A DNA stretch of 64,000 nucleotides from Lepidodermella squamata (Eukaryota > Animalia > Gastrotricha), in NCBI GenBank assembly GCA_047495785.1, contig JBLDXI010000023.1, positions 1,240,001 to 1,304,000 on the forward strand, read 5' to 3'. Below, piece by piece: positions 61,873-64,000 of the stretch. The notes beneath the pieces are model-generated. The model was not told the DNA's origin. It worked only from the letters and a program-made list of their open reading frames with translations, and did not search any database. Position numbers and translations under genes: made by a program. Positions within the stretch are counted from its first letter, which is position 1; each line of letters starts with the position of its first letter.

Positions 61873-62410
61873 ATCTAATCTTGAGCTGTGTTTTTTACCA
61901 AACGTGTCTCGTTGAATGAGGATGCCGAATGATGCCAGAAAAGAAATTTCATGATAATTTTATATGATGGCTGAGACCATTTTCTATCGCGGCTGAGGAT
62001 TATTTTTACTTCCGCATTTGTCGTCGTTTTTATTCTAATATTGTTTCCATATTTCACTTGGAATCGCGCGAGGTTAGCAATTTTTGTCGATGCATATTTT
62101 CCGAAATGTTATCAAAAATTAACGAATTATTGTTCGCATCGCGAAATCGAAAAAGCGTATTCAAGTATTCAAATATTCAATGAATAAATTGGAACAGTAA
62201 TATTTTGATTTATTCGATAAACTTCTGAAATTCCATGCACGGTTTCAAACGGGAAATATTTCCGATATTTCACGTGACACAGAAGAAGGAAATATTTATA
62301 CCTGCCGCATAGAAAGCCGCAGATTTGCTGGAGAAAATCTATAAAAATCGAAAAATGCAGTTTCAAATAAGAAAGAAAAATCACAAGTCGTGAAAAACCA
62401 TGAAAAACAC

Positions 62411-62799
62411 GGGAATATCTTTTAGCGGAACCAAATTTACAGTGAGCGGAACCAAATTTGCTGTAGCGGAACCAAATATGCTGTAGCGGAACCAAATTTG
62501 CTTTTTGCGGAACCAAACTCGAAATATGCCAAGAGTCATTTTTTGAATATTTCTAAGAATTTTAGGCTAAGCATGAATTCTGAATTGAACACTGCGTCTT
62601 GTAGAGAATGTCGCGCTGAATTCACTGGAGAATTTTATAGAATTATTGGGGCCAATTTTGACATTCCATAAATTTCCGAAAAGCCATTTCACGCCACTAG
62701 AAAATTCTAAATTTTGGTTCCGCTAACAGCAAATTTGGTTCCGCTACAGCAAATTTGGTTCCGCTCACTGTAAATTTGGTTCCGGTAACAGGAAGACCC
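62411..62799. mobile_element. MULE-like MITE with tandem subterminal repeats
   Basis: GGG...CCC termini, perfect 9-bp TSD GAAAAACAC and inverted arrays of 20-21-bp GCGGAACCAAATTTGCTGTA units. Confidence 0.85.
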
Positions 62800-64000
62800 G
62801 AAAAACACGAGTCGGTGGCTATTTTAGGCTCCTCCAATGCCTAAGCCTATCTGAAGCCACCGTCGAATTTATCTGCAAAAGGCTGAATTCGTCTCAAATT
62901 TCTGAAAAAATGAGCAAGCCTAAATAAGGCCAAATACGAGGTTGTGATTTTCTCTGTCATTTTCACCCGAATCTCAGAAAGCCTATCGAAGCCTAACTTG
63001 GAGGTTGCCGCGAGGCCAAGCAAAAAATGTCAACTTTGGAATAGCCTATCTGAGGCCAAGTTGGCGTTGAAAAAGAGGGCTGAGGCTAAAAACCCCAACT
63101 GAGTCTACGATTTTCCGACAGGGAAATTACACTGCGAAAATGGATCGCCCATCAGAGACATATGAGATATACTTATAACACATCAGTATGTAATATTCAA
63201 TCAAACAATGAGTAAAATATGAATTAAAACAGGATTGAGAAACGGTATCTGTATATCCTGTATATCGCCTAGCGTGGCCGCAAAGAAAGTCCATAATGAA
63301 AATGAAAGTGGACACGCTGAATCGAATGGCTTTTTCAAACTTTTCATAGCCATCATAGTTTCAAAGTTAAGATTTGCATCCACTCATTTAAGTGCAAGGA
63401 ATCACTTATTTCAAACGAGTAGATGGCTTAATGGTGCGAGAGGCTGGGTATGGAGCGTGAGAACGATGGTTCAACTCCCACAGCCTTCACAATTTTTTAG
63501 TTTTTTAGGCTGAAATTATTTTACATTGGATTTAAGCGTTTCCGAACAAAGGCAAACAAATTTGCATAAAAAACAGCCGAACAAGTCAGTTCGATTTCAC
63601 CCCTTTGTACGGCGTTGTTCTGCATTGCAAACGCTGGTCTGGGGTTCTCCGCCAGCCAGCGCATGGTTGCCGGTTGCCGATGCTGTGCCTCGCCTCCAGC
63701 CGTTCAAGGCTTCTGAGTTGGATCATGTGGATATCTACGTCACATGGGTTGGATGGCATCAATCCCATCTTCTACAAGTGGGGAGGGTCGGTGCTGCAAC
63801 ACATGTTCAATCAAGGCTCGGATCGCGTTTGGTGCTGCCCAATCGAAAGCTGGCCCGTCACAGCTGCTGTGCTGCTGCTCCTGCTGCTGCCCGTCGACGT
63901 CAAGCTGTTGAAGACCACCATGGCGCGCTGGCTGGGAGAGTTTTTGAAGAGCCACTACGCGCTACCTGACGACCAATACGCATTTCGCGCTCACCACTCT

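Noticed and set aside
62420-62790. Regular 20-21-bp repeats resembling a CRISPR array
   Set aside because: No unique spacers; the repeats form inverted arms of a MITE with a 9-bp TSD; eukaryotic context and no cas genes.
63526-64000. 147-aa plus-strand ORF and Gln-containing minus-strand ORF at the window edge
   Set aside because: No motif, strand ambiguous and truncated by the window end.

Overview
AT-rich genomic DNA from a eukaryote, most likely an invertebrate animal. It has short GT-AG introns (mostly 47-65 nt), abundant CpG/CGCG and dense non-autonomous transposon content. No rRNA, tRNA or CRISPR array was found. Gene models assembled by hand from the sequence: a GABA-B-like class C GPCR (17509-19880), plus a broken paralog whose two halves flank about 10 kb of unrelated DNA; a pentameric ligand-gated channel with an extra N-terminal domain and the Cys-loop missing; a Rho-fold pseudo-GTPase with a CAAX tail; an NAD(P)-binding epimerase/SDR and a pseudo-copy of its second exon; a Cys/Thr-rich secreted protein; a possible prohormone; a stand-alone NB-ARC ATPase; an intronless secreted dienelactone hydrolase; and a locally amplified family of small coiled-coil/polyQ genes. 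Mobile DNA includes Penelope-like remnants with minimal hammerhead ribozymes (one pair in inverted pseudo-LTRs) and hAT-, Tc1/mariner-, piggyBac- and MULE-like MITEs. The most intriguing region is 9.6-12.5 kb. There a compact KAR5/GEX1/Brambleberry-like nuclear-fusion gene lies head-to-head with a gene for a single-pass membrane protein ending in an AT-hook. All family assignments come from motif recognition by eye, not database searches.
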